Shown: positions 8,118 to 15,969, counted from the first letter of the stretch. The stretch is DNA of 32,000 bases from Candidatus Omnitrophota bacterium (GCA_021735045.1 JAIPHU010000004.1:30001-62000); one strand, 5' to 3'. Notes: generated by a model not told the origin, from the letters alone. Made by a program: numbers and translations.

Positions 8118-8786
8118 ATGAAAAAAACAAGACAGGAACAAAAATTTGAAAAATATAGAGAATATCTAAATTCGGAAACGCAACTTCTCTGGCAATATAT
8201 ATCATTATATAAACATCTTCATAAAAAAGTACAGGATAGGCTAGACGAAATAAACATAGCTCCTGCTTTTTTCTCAACAGTTCAGAGTGCCCTCTTTACA
8301 TGCATTGTTCTATGGATACATAATCTTTTTTCTGAAGAATCACAACGTGGCCTTCATGATTTTTTAAACTTTATTGAAAGTAATCTTAGCACTTTTAAAC
8401 TTAGTGAATTAAAAAGGCGAAGAGAATTTTCTGATAATCATTGGTTCCTAAAAAAAATAACGGAGTTAACAAAATCAGACATAAGTGGACATCGAGCTAT
8501 GCTTAAATCTATAAAATTATTGAATTCTATAAAAACACGACGGGACAAATATCATGCACATTTTGACAAGAAGTATTTTTTCAACAGAGAAAAGATAAAT
8601 AAAGAAAAACCTATTTTGTGGAAGGATCTTGATGAAATAAAAGAGCCAATGGAAAAAATTATAAACACTTATTCTGTGGCTTATGACGGAAGCTCATTTA
8701 GTATACAATTTGTTAATGCTTATGATGTTGATAGGATTTTAGATATCTTGCATGAATATAGAGAAAAAAGAAAAAGGCGCACCTAA
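8118..8786 (+). CDS. HEPN-superfamily protein, AbiU2-like (putative abortive-infection RNase)
   Basis: 222 aa, predicted all-helical. It carries an Rx4-6H motif in IKTRRDKYHAHFD (nt 8538-8561). The N-terminal APAFFSTVQSALFTCIVLWIHNLFS helix resembles AbiU2-type HEPN domains as I recall them. Not verified by HMM. Confidence 0.5.
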   Translation: MKKTRQEQKFEKYREYLNSETQLLWQYISLYKHLHKKVQDRLDEINIAPAFFSTVQSALFTCIVLWIHNLFSEESQRGLHDFLNFIESNLSTFKLSELKRRREFSDNHWFLKKITELTKSDISGHRAMLKSIKLLNSIKTRRDKYHAHFDKKYFFNREKINKEKPILWKDLDEIKEPMEKIINTYSVAYDGSSFSIQFVNAYDVDRILDILHEYREKRKRRT

Positions 8787-8983
8787 TTGTTTTTAAATCA
8801 TCCACGGCCAACCAACACCACCAGATCCTTCAGATAGGAAGGCGAATGTTTATAAGATACTGCCGTTGAGTGAAGCGGTAAGAAGGTAGAAGTTAGAGGG
8901 GAGAAGTTAGAAAGAATTTAAACAATTGGAGGTCACAAATTGTGATGTCCAATAGATAAAAGCTAAAAAGGTAATTAAAATTT

Positions 8984-9646
8984 ATGTTGTATCTTTATTT
9001 AGATGAAAGCGGTGATTTAGGTTTTGATTTTGTTAACAAAAGGCCTTCTAAGTTTTTTACTATATCTATTTTAGTTATAAGAGGCGCAAAGAAAAGAAGA
9101 CAGGTAGCTAAAAGTGTAGAAAGAACCATTAGAAAAAAATTAAATCCGAAAAGCAAGCGGAGGAGAATGGTTCAAGAATTAAAAGGCACATCAACAACGT
9201 TAGAAATCAAAGAGTATCTATATAAAAGAATAAAGAAGATAGATTTTTCTATTTATAGCATAACCTTAAATAAAAGGCGAGCTTATAGCTATTTAATTAA
9301 AGATAAATCAAGAATTTATAATTTTATAGCACGCAGTATTCTAGATAAAGTTGATTTTTCTGATACCAAAAATAGAGTTATTTTGACAATTGATAAGAGC
9401 AAGAGTAAGCCTCAGATTAAAGAATTTAATGATTATATTTATAACCAATTGGAAGCTAAGATAGATCCTAAAGTTTCTTTATATATAGAGCATGCAGATT
9501 CTTGTGCAGATAAATGTTTAAACGTGGCGGATTTATTTAGCTGGGGAGTTTTTAGAAAACATGAGAGAAAGGATTCTCTATGGTATGATTTATTTGCAGA
9601 AAAAGTTGAATTTGATCAAATATATTTGCTCCAAAATAAAAAATGA
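8984..9646 (+). CDS. DUF3800 family protein
   Basis: The N-terminus MLYLYLDESGD matches the YxDESG signature. The C-terminal HADSCADKCLNVADLFSWGVF matches the DS...Q/N.AD motif of DUF3800. Confidence 0.75.
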   Translation: MLYLYLDESGDLGFDFVNKRPSKFFTISILVIRGAKKRRQVAKSVERTIRKKLNPKSKRRRMVQELKGTSTTLEIKEYLYKRIKKIDFSIYSITLNKRRAYSYLIKDKSRIYNFIARSILDKVDFSDTKNRVILTIDKSKSKPQIKEFNDYIYNQLEAKIDPKVSLYIEHADSCADKCLNVADLFSWGVFRKHERKDSLWYDLFAEKVEFDQIYLLQNKK

Positions 9647-9731
9647 GCGGACCCTGCGAGTTGAGCGTTAAAGCTTTTGCCAACCAGATGGAAGGGAACA
9701 CTTTAACAACTCGCAACGGAATTACCGCTCA
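9644..9731 (+). other. 88-nt long imperfect hairpin (possible structured RNA or DNA hairpin)
   Basis: Three stacked helices: 9644-9650/9725-9731 (7 bp), 9655-9663/9707-9715 (9 bp) and 9668-9673/9701-9706 (6 bp). There is a 27-nt apical loop. It begins exactly at the DUF3800 stop codon. No T-tract follows. Confidence 0.6.
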
Positions 9732-9779
9732 AGTTAAATATACAATATGGGGATGACAAAGTCAAGTTATTTTTGAACT

Positions 9780-10286
9780 ATGAAACCCGGCGACATTCTA
9801 CTATTCAAAGCAGAGCGTGATTTTGTTTCTCGGCTGATTGCTTGGGGGACTGGAAGCAAATATTCCCACGTGGCAATTTGTGTATCTCCGAAGATGCATC
9901 TAGCAATTGAGGCGATTGCCAGAGGCGGGATCAGAGCTAGGGATATTAGAAAGATCCCCAGAGATTATGATCTTTATAGGGTAAAGGAAGATTATTCTTA
10001 TAATCTAGATGGTGTTATTTCTTATCTAGTTGATAAGCTCAACGAAAGATATGATTATCCCGGTGTTCTCTGGTTAGGATTTATAAAGTTACTTGCAAAG
10101 ACCGGCCTTCCGTTTAAAGTTACAGCTAACAATTGGCAGAAGCGGCGAGATCATTTTTGTTCAGAGCTTTGCTCTGAAGCATTCTTCTATGGCGGAGGGC
10201 TAGATATTGTGCCAGAACAACCAGCAGCGAACATAACTTCCCCGGCCGATATTGCGAATAGCTCAGTCATAGAAACTGTACAATAA
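9780..10286 (+). CDS. Permuted papain-like cysteine peptidase/amidase (YaeF/YiiX, C92; NlpC/P60 superfamily)
   Basis: 168 aa. An N-terminal PGDILLF...SKYSHVAICV segment (His region) precedes a C-terminal HFCSELCSEAF segment (catalytic Cys). This is the circularly permuted order typical of the family. Confidence 0.65.
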   Translation: MKPGDILLFKAERDFVSRLIAWGTGSKYSHVAICVSPKMHLAIEAIARGGIRARDIRKIPRDYDLYRVKEDYSYNLDGVISYLVDKLNERYDYPGVLWLGFIKLLAKTGLPFKVTANNWQKRRDHFCSELCSEAFFYGGGLDIVPEQPAANITSPADIANSSVIETVQ

Positions 10287-10317
10287 CCAATTCCCACCTC
10301 CGAGGTGGGAATTTTTT
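10284..10317 (+). terminator. 34-bp direct repeat, copy 2; intrinsic terminator of the 9780-10286 gene
   Basis: Identical to 7968-8001. The 11-bp stem (10289-10299/10303-10313) is followed by T6. The repeat starts with the TAA stop codon of the upstream gene. Confidence 0.75.
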
Positions 10318-10344
10318 GCCCCAATCCAAAGCAGGTGGTATAAT
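10316..10344 (+). promoter_or_regulatory. Putative promoter of the 10496-11422 gene
   Basis: TTGCCC (10316-10321), 17-nt spacer, TG-extended TATAAT (10339-10344). This leaves a leader of about 150 nt. Confidence 0.4.
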
Positions 10345-10495
10345 TATAAAAACAACAACAGACACCTTTTTAATAAAGTAAATCCTGATAAAAGTCATCT
10401 GCGGAAAGAAACAGAAGAGGGGCCTTCTCGCTGAAAGTTAAGTAGTACGTGTCACGGATTTTTTTAAACAAGTTTATAAGAAGGAGGAAGAGTTA

Positions 10496-11422
10496 ATGGA
10501 TAGAGCTAAAAGTTACACTATTATATCTGCATTATTTCTTGGTATAGCAAATATTTTATACTGGTTTATTCTTCCGCTAATCTTTGCGTTGAAATACCCT
10601 GGTGGTCTACGAGGACCGATTATGCGTTGTATGGTTTCGCCTTCGTTAGAAATAAAAGTAATTATTTATATCATATCAGGGTTGGTGATTTTAGGGATGA
10701 TCTTGTTTATTACCGGTATTATAATTTCTTTTACGAAGAAAAACTGGAGTAAACTGTTAATAATTATTACTACGATTTTAGTATTTATGTCTATTCCTTT
10801 TATGTTTCATTTAGTAAAATTTTTTGTTGGTTCAGTAAAAAATTTTCGATATTCAATCAGTTCTTATATTGGTCCCGCATCGATTTCCAGAGATATGTCA
10901 TCATGGAAGATGTTTAAAAGCCAGAGCGATAAGTATAAAATTCAATATCCACCAGAGATGGTAAAAACTCGATTTTATTACCGTAATCCTGAAGAGACCA
11001 AAGGTTTAAAGAAGGGTCGCCCTTATGATTTCACATCATTCGTTTTAAAGGAGAATAATTATTCTGGAAAAAAGTATTACCCGTTTGAAGTTTATATAGG
11101 CGTACATCTAAATGAGGAAGGCTTATCGCCTTTAGCATTTGAAATAAACAAAGTTAAACAGAACCAAAGAGAAATAAGTAATTACCAGGTGCTGTCAAAA
11201 TCAAAAATTAACATTGCTGGAGTAGAAGGTGTAGTAGATCATACATTAGTAAAAAAAGGAAATGATGCCAAACGATTTGTAAGGTATTTTATTCCTTACA
11301 AGAATGAGATGATAATAATTGTTGGTTTAATTGGCAAGGAAAAAGAATATATCCCCGAATACCATAAGACCTTTATGGACATGCTTTCGACTTTTAAATT
11401 TATGCCAAAAAAAAGAAAATAG
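10496..11422 (+). CDS. Hypothetical membrane protein (about 4 N-terminal TM helices plus a C-terminal soluble domain)
   Basis: 308 aa. Strong RBS (AAGGAGGAAG) 7-8 nt upstream. Hydrophobic segments fill the first ~110 aa. No recognised family. Confidence 0.6.
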   Translation: MDRAKSYTIISALFLGIANILYWFILPLIFALKYPGGLRGPIMRCMVSPSLEIKVIIYIISGLVILGMILFITGIIISFTKKNWSKLLIIITTILVFMSIPFMFHLVKFFVGSVKNFRYSISSYIGPASISRDMSSWKMFKSQSDKYKIQYPPEMVKTRFYYRNPEETKGLKKGRPYDFTSFVLKENNYSGKKYYPFEVYIGVHLNEEGLSPLAFEINKVKQNQREISNYQVLSKSKINIAGVEGVVDHTLVKKGNDAKRFVRYFIPYKNEMIIIVGLIGKEKEYIPEYHKTFMDMLSTFKFMPKKRK

Positions 11423-11444
11423 GGGCAGCAATCCAATTAACTCC

Positions 11445-11472
11445 TTACACAATCCTGCCTTTTTGTTATAAT
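11445..11472 (+). promoter_or_regulatory. Putative promoter of the ABC-F gene
   Basis: TTACAC (11445-11450), 16-nt spacer, TG-extended TATAAT (11467-11472). This leaves a leader of about 90 nt. Confidence 0.4.
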
Positions 11473-11564
11473 ACTGCTTAGATAAAACAAGGACAAGATA
11501 AAACAGAAACAGACATCTTTTATATCGCAGAGCGCAAAGCGCTTAGCGCAGAGCAAATTAGAAA

Positions 11565-13484
11565 ATGATTAGGTTAAATAATATTTCTAAAAGTTACGGA
11601 GTAAGGACCCTGTTTGACGGGATCAACCTTACAATCAATCGGGGCCTCAAGTGTGGCCTAGTGGGGCCAAATGGTGCCGGAAAAAGTACTCTCTTTTCGC
11701 TGATTCTTGGCTCACAAGAACCAACTTCCGGGCAGGTGCAGATAAAAAAGCAGGTCTCGATTGGATACTTGCCTCAGGAGATGTCTTTTGAGTCTAACGA
11801 TTCGGTCTTATCCGAAGCTACCAAAGGGGATCACTCGATGCGGCGGATGGTTAAGGAGAAGAAAAAGCTGGAAGATGCCGGTAAGGCTGGCTCAAAAAAG
11901 TATGGCGACATATTACATAAGTTAGAGTTTAAGGGGTATTTTCAGTTAGAGCATAAAGCGGAGAAGATCCTCACCGGCTTAGGCTTTACCGAAAAGATGC
12001 TGGCACAACCGGTAAACGAACTTTCCGGCGGCTGGGGAATGAGGATCTATTTAGCCCGGCTTTTAACTTCCCATTACGATATCTTGCTTCTTGATGAACC
12101 GATGAACCATCTTGATTTAGCGGCGGCGTTATGGTTTAAAGACTATCTGTTAAAATTTAACGGAACCTTTATTATGATCTCCCACGATAAGGATTTCTTA
12201 GAACAAGTAACCGATCATATCTTAGTATTGGAAAATGAAACGATCACTAAAGTTAAAGGTAACTATCAGAATTATGAGAAGATACAAAGCCAAAAAGCAA
12301 GCCATCTGTTAAAGCAAGCAGCAGAACAAGCCAAGAAACGCAAACAACTGCAAGATTTTATCGCTCGTTTTCACGGCCAGCCGACTAAAGCTGCCCAGGT
12401 CCGGGCAAAGAGAAAGATGATTGAGAAGATGGAAAAGATTGACCTGCCTTTCCGACGCAGGGAAAGTGTGAGAAACTTCCAATTTCCCGGTACTAAAAAT
12501 AGCGGCTATCAAGTTATTCGTTTAGAAGATGCCTCTAAATCCTATGGCGATCTAAAAGTATACCAAAATCTTGATTTTGAGATTGTCCGTCAGGAAAAAG
12601 CAGTCTTAGCCGGTATTAATGGGGCCGGCAAGTCTACTTTGTTAAAAATATTAGCCGGAGAAATTGATCTTGATTCTGGCCGGCGCCGGGTAGGCAGTAA
12701 TGTCGGTATCGGCTATTTTTCCCAGAGGAGAATGGAGATGCTCAGCGCCTCAAATACAGTCTTTGATGAAGTCTATTCTGCTGCGGAGGGAAATTGTTCG
12801 GAACAAAGAATCAGGACAATCTTAAGTTTATTCTTGTTTACCGGCGATGATGTTAGCAAAAAGGTAGAAATTTTATCCGGCGGAGAAAAGAGCCGTCTTA
12901 TTTTAGCCAAACTATTGATTAATCCACCTAATTTTCTGTTACTGGATGAGCCGACCATTCATTTAGATATTGATGCTACCGAGGCTTTGATCCGCGCCCT
13001 TAAGGTTTATCAGGGAACTTTAGTCTTTATTAGCCACGATATCCATTTTGTCCGTTCGGTAGCTAATGTCGTTTATGAGGTTCGCAATGGTAAAATCAGA
13101 AAATTTCCCGGCAATTTTGATTACTATTGGCAAAGAGCCAAGGAGAAAGGTTTTGTGGAAGACGCAAATTACAAACAGCCGAAACCGGCTAAAAAAGTAA
13201 AGTCAGCTCGAGATATTGCGAAAGAAGAAAAAAAATTAGAAAGGCAAAAAATTAAACAGCAGCAAAAGCAGAATGCGGCTCTTTCAAAAAAGATAAAAGC
13301 TTTACGCAAAGAAAAAGAAAAAATAGAAATCGACCGGAATGTAAAAGCACGAATTTTATCTAACCCCCGTAGTTACCATAATAAGAAGATGGTTATTGAT
13401 TATGGAGCTAAACTGAAAGTAATCGAGCAAAGGCTTAAAGCCATAGATGCTGAAATAGCGAAGCTGGAAGGTTCTTTTCTGTAG
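11565..13484 (+). CDS. ABC-F family ATPase (Uup/YheS-like translation factor type; no transmembrane domain)
   Basis: 639 aa. Two ABC cassettes (GPNGAGKST / LSGGW; GINGAGKST / LSGGEKSR) are joined by a basic linker. A lysine-rich coiled-coil forms the C-terminal extension. Confidence 0.85.
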   Translation: MIRLNNISKSYGVRTLFDGINLTINRGLKCGLVGPNGAGKSTLFSLILGSQEPTSGQVQIKKQVSIGYLPQEMSFESNDSVLSEATKGDHSMRRMVKEKKKLEDAGKAGSKKYGDILHKLEFKGYFQLEHKAEKILTGLGFTEKMLAQPVNELSGGWGMRIYLARLLTSHYDILLLDEPMNHLDLAAALWFKDYLLKFNGTFIMISHDKDFLEQVTDHILVLENETITKVKGNYQNYEKIQSQKASHLLKQAAEQAKKRKQLQDFIARFHGQPTKAAQVRAKRKMIEKMEKIDLPFRRRESVRNFQFPGTKNSGYQVIRLEDASKSYGDLKVYQNLDFEIVRQEKAVLAGINGAGKSTLLKILAGEIDLDSGRRRVGSNVGIGYFSQRRMEMLSASNTVFDEVYSAAEGNCSEQRIRTILSLFLFTGDDVSKKVEILSGGEKSRLILAKLLINPPNFLLLDEPTIHLDIDATEALIRALKVYQGTLVFISHDIHFVRSVANVVYEVRNGKIRKFPGNFDYYWQRAKEKGFVEDANYKQPKPAKKVKSARDIAKEEKKLERQKIKQQQKQNAALSKKIKALRKEKEKIEIDRNVKARILSNPRSYHNKKMVIDYGAKLKVIEQRLKAIDAEIAKLEGSFL

Positions 13485-13560
13485 TGAGCTTGCCAAAATA
13501 TCTTTTAATTAATAGTTGTTTTGGTATAATTAAGCAAAAGAATAGATTATAAAAAAACCT

Positions 13561-14418
13561 ATGAAAATAAGTCAAATACTAAACAGTACCGAGCGTGGTG
13601 TGGCTTTTGAATTTTTCCCTCCCCGAAGCCAGAAATCAGCAGCAGCACTTAAAAACACCCTGAAAGCATTAAAAAAATATAACCCCTTATATGTTTCGAT
13701 GACCTGCGGAGCCGGCGGGAGTAGTTATGAAACTACCCAGGATGCGGTAAATATTTTACTGGAGGAGAAAGATTTAACGGTAATGCCCCATCTTACTTGT
13801 CTGAGCACCGAACCTTCCGCAGTTCGCGAGATACTTCAAAATTATAAAGATTTAGGAATTGCCAATATTATGGCTTTGCGGGGTGATATCTTACCCGAAT
13901 CTGAGGAAGCTAATCTAGCCGGTGAGTTTAAATTCGCTAAAGATCTAATCAAGCTAATTAAAGAGGATGGCCATTTTGATATCGGGGCTGCGGTTTATCC
14001 CGAGGGCCATATTGAAATGAGATCCTTAGATCAAGATCTAAAATATACCAAAGAAAAGATAGATTGCGGAGTCGATTTTGCCGTAACCCAGATGTTTTTT
14101 GATAATCAATATTATTATCAGTTTTTAGAAAGAGCCCGCAGTAACGGAATCAATATCCCGATTTTACCGGGAATTTTACCGCTAACCAATATCGCAAAAG
14201 TCAAAGAATTTGCTTCAATTTGTCGAGCTACTATCCCTGCACAGATCGAAGAGAAATTAAGTCGTTTTTCAAAAAACCCTAAAGACATGCAAAAGGCGGG
14301 AATCGAGTTAACGATTAAACAATGCAAAGATTTGATTGACCATGGCCACCAGCGTTTGCACTTTTTTACATTGAATAAAGCCAGCGTAATGCAAGAGATA
14401 ATCGATGCCTTATTTTAA
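13561..14418 (+). CDS. metF: Methylenetetrahydrofolate reductase
   Basis: 285 aa. FEFFPPR, MTCGAGGS, PHLTC and ALRGD motifs are typical of MetF. Confidence 0.85.
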   Translation: MKISQILNSTERGVAFEFFPPRSQKSAAALKNTLKALKKYNPLYVSMTCGAGGSSYETTQDAVNILLEEKDLTVMPHLTCLSTEPSAVREILQNYKDLGIANIMALRGDILPESEEANLAGEFKFAKDLIKLIKEDGHFDIGAAVYPEGHIEMRSLDQDLKYTKEKIDCGVDFAVTQMFFDNQYYYQFLERARSNGINIPILPGILPLTNIAKVKEFASICRATIPAQIEEKLSRFSKNPKDMQKAGIELTIKQCKDLIDHGHQRLHFFTLNKASVMQEIIDALF

Positions 14419-14425
14419 GAATATC

Positions 14426-14653
14426 ATGAAAAAAACCGCCTTATTTATTTTAATTGTTTTTTTGCTAGCAGGATGCGGAAGACGACGGGAATCGCTGCGC
14501 TACGATCGGAGAGAAACTGCCTTGATAGCAAAAGAGCAGAGGATAAATAGCCAGACAGAAATCCTGATCGACGGAGCAATTATCGGCGGCGGCCTGGTGC
14601 TCTTAATTAGCCTAATCGGCTTTGCCGTCTTCTACTCTCTAGGAAAAAAATGA
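14426..14653 (+). CDS. Small lipoprotein/membrane protein
   Basis: From the internal ATG at 14426 the product begins MKKTALFILIVFLLAGCG, a lipoprotein signal with a lipobox Cys. It also has a C-terminal TM helix. The track start at 14405 overlaps the end of metF and seems less likely. Confidence 0.55.
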   Translation: MKKTALFILIVFLLAGCGRRRESLRYDRRETALIAKEQRINSQTEILIDGAIIGGGLVLLISLIGFAVFYSLGKK

Positions 14654-15156
14654 AAAAGAAAGTAACAGTTAATGACAAGATGCAACGGGGTTATAGCTAT
14701 TATTTGACTGAACCAATAGGAAAGAACTTTGATCCTGAATTTCAGCCAGAACTTACACCAAAAGAAATGTTAGAGTTGGGGGTTTTTGGGGGTAAATACA
14801 TGACCGATTGCCAGAAAGAGTTTCCCAGCTCTTGGTATAAAAAAGCTAAACTCTGTGCCGAAGAACACGATCCACAGCTAAACTATTTTGGCGTAAATGC
14901 CAGCCAGCCGCTTGCTGTATGGCGCAAAAAAGGCTGGATTTATAAAGATGACCCGCGGGGGTGGTTTCAGTGGTATTGCCGTTATTATATGGGAAGGCGG
15001 ATTCAGGAAGAAGACAGGCGCCAGATAAAAAGACAGAAAGCAATTAAAAGACACATCGCCCAAATTAAAAAGAACTGTAAAAAAGGTGACCTTAACTGCC
15101 GGCCCAAACAGCGCCAAGCAGTCTTAAACTGGGCCTATGATAGCAGGAAACTATAA
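14650..15156 (+). CDS. Conserved-looking hypothetical protein (W/C/R-rich; family not recognised)
   Basis: 168-aa ORF with an ATGA overlap to the upstream gene. Complex composition (GWFQWYCRYYMGRR). Confidence 0.6.
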   Translation: MKKKVTVNDKMQRGYSYYLTEPIGKNFDPEFQPELTPKEMLELGVFGGKYMTDCQKEFPSSWYKKAKLCAEEHDPQLNYFGVNASQPLAVWRKKGWIYKDDPRGWFQWYCRYYMGRRIQEEDRRQIKRQKAIKRHIAQIKKNCKKGDLNCRPKQRQAVLNWAYDSRKL

Positions 15157-15225
15157 GTTATAACAAAAGAGGCTGATGATTTGCCTGTATCGAGATAATA
15201 TCGGCACAGAATTAGGGGGAAAACG

Positions 15226-15969
15226 ATGAAAAATAAATGGAGATGGCAGTTGTTTTTAGGTTTAGGACTAATTTTTTTATCGGCTTTTGTTTATTTTATC
15301 CATTATCTTATTTTTAGGGATATGCATCACATTTTTATCTACCTGATCGGAGATATTGGGTTTGTTTTTCTAGAAGTTCTACTGGTGACGTTAATCATCC
15401 ACCAGCTGCTTGTTCAGCAGGAAAAACAAATGTTAATTAAAAAGCTGAATATGGTGATTGGTGTTTTTTTTAGTGAAGTAGGCACAAGTTTATTAAAACA
15501 AATTGCCGTTTTTGATAAAAAAGTTAAAGATATTTCTGGCCACTTAGGAGTTAACAGTGATTGGACTAACAAAGAGTTTAGTAGTCTTAAAAAATATTTA
15601 TACCGCTATGATAGTGATATTGCTATAAGCAGAGCTGGTTTAGAACAATTACGAGATACTTTAGTTGCAAAACGCACTTTTTTAGTTAACTTGTTAGAAA
15701 ATCCTAATTTATTAGAACATGATTCCTTTACAGACACTCTTTGGGCTGTTTTCCATTTAGCAGAAGAGCTATCTAAGAGAGAGGGCTTTGCTAACTTACC
15801 CCAGGCAGATTTAGAGCATTTAGCTAAAGATATCAAGAGATCTTATCAAAACTTAATCGGCGAATGGATTGATTACATCCAACACTTAAAACAAAGTTAT
15901 CCTTATCTTTTCTCTTTAGCAATCCGCACCAATCCTTTTAACGAATCCGCCTCAGTGGTAATTAATTGA
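15226..15969 (+). CDS. Hypothetical membrane-anchored protein
   Basis: 247 aa. Two N-terminal TM helices precede a helical soluble domain. RBS-like GGGGGA lies upstream. Confidence 0.6.
   Translation: MKNKWRWQLFLGLGLIFLSAFVYFIHYLIFRDMHHIFIYLIGDIGFVFLEVLLVTLIIHQLLVQQEKQMLIKKLNMVIGVFFSEVGTSLLKQIAVFDKKVKDISGHLGVNSDWTNKEFSSLKKYLYRYDSDIAISRAGLEQLRDTLVAKRTFLVNLLENPNLLEHDSFTDTLWAVFHLAEELSKREGFANLPQADLEHLAKDIKRSYQNLIGEWIDYIQHLKQSYPYLFSLAIRTNPFNESASVVIN

Noticed and set aside
7804-8277. Full-length 157-aa minus-strand ORF overlapping the HEPN-like gene
   Set aside because: Its 5' half overlaps a near-consensus + strand promoter (8038-8065) and the first 160 nt of the + strand gene, and encodes low-plausibility hydrophobic sequence. 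Only the distal 73 codons are retained, at low confidence.
9644-9731. Integron attC site hypothesis for the 88-nt hairpin that follows a cassette-like ORF
   Set aside because: The GTTAAAG / CTTTAAC motifs sit in the inner helix rather than at the outer ends. They do not match the R''(RYYYAAC)...R'(GTTRRRY) order or consensus, and no integron integrase is present in the window.
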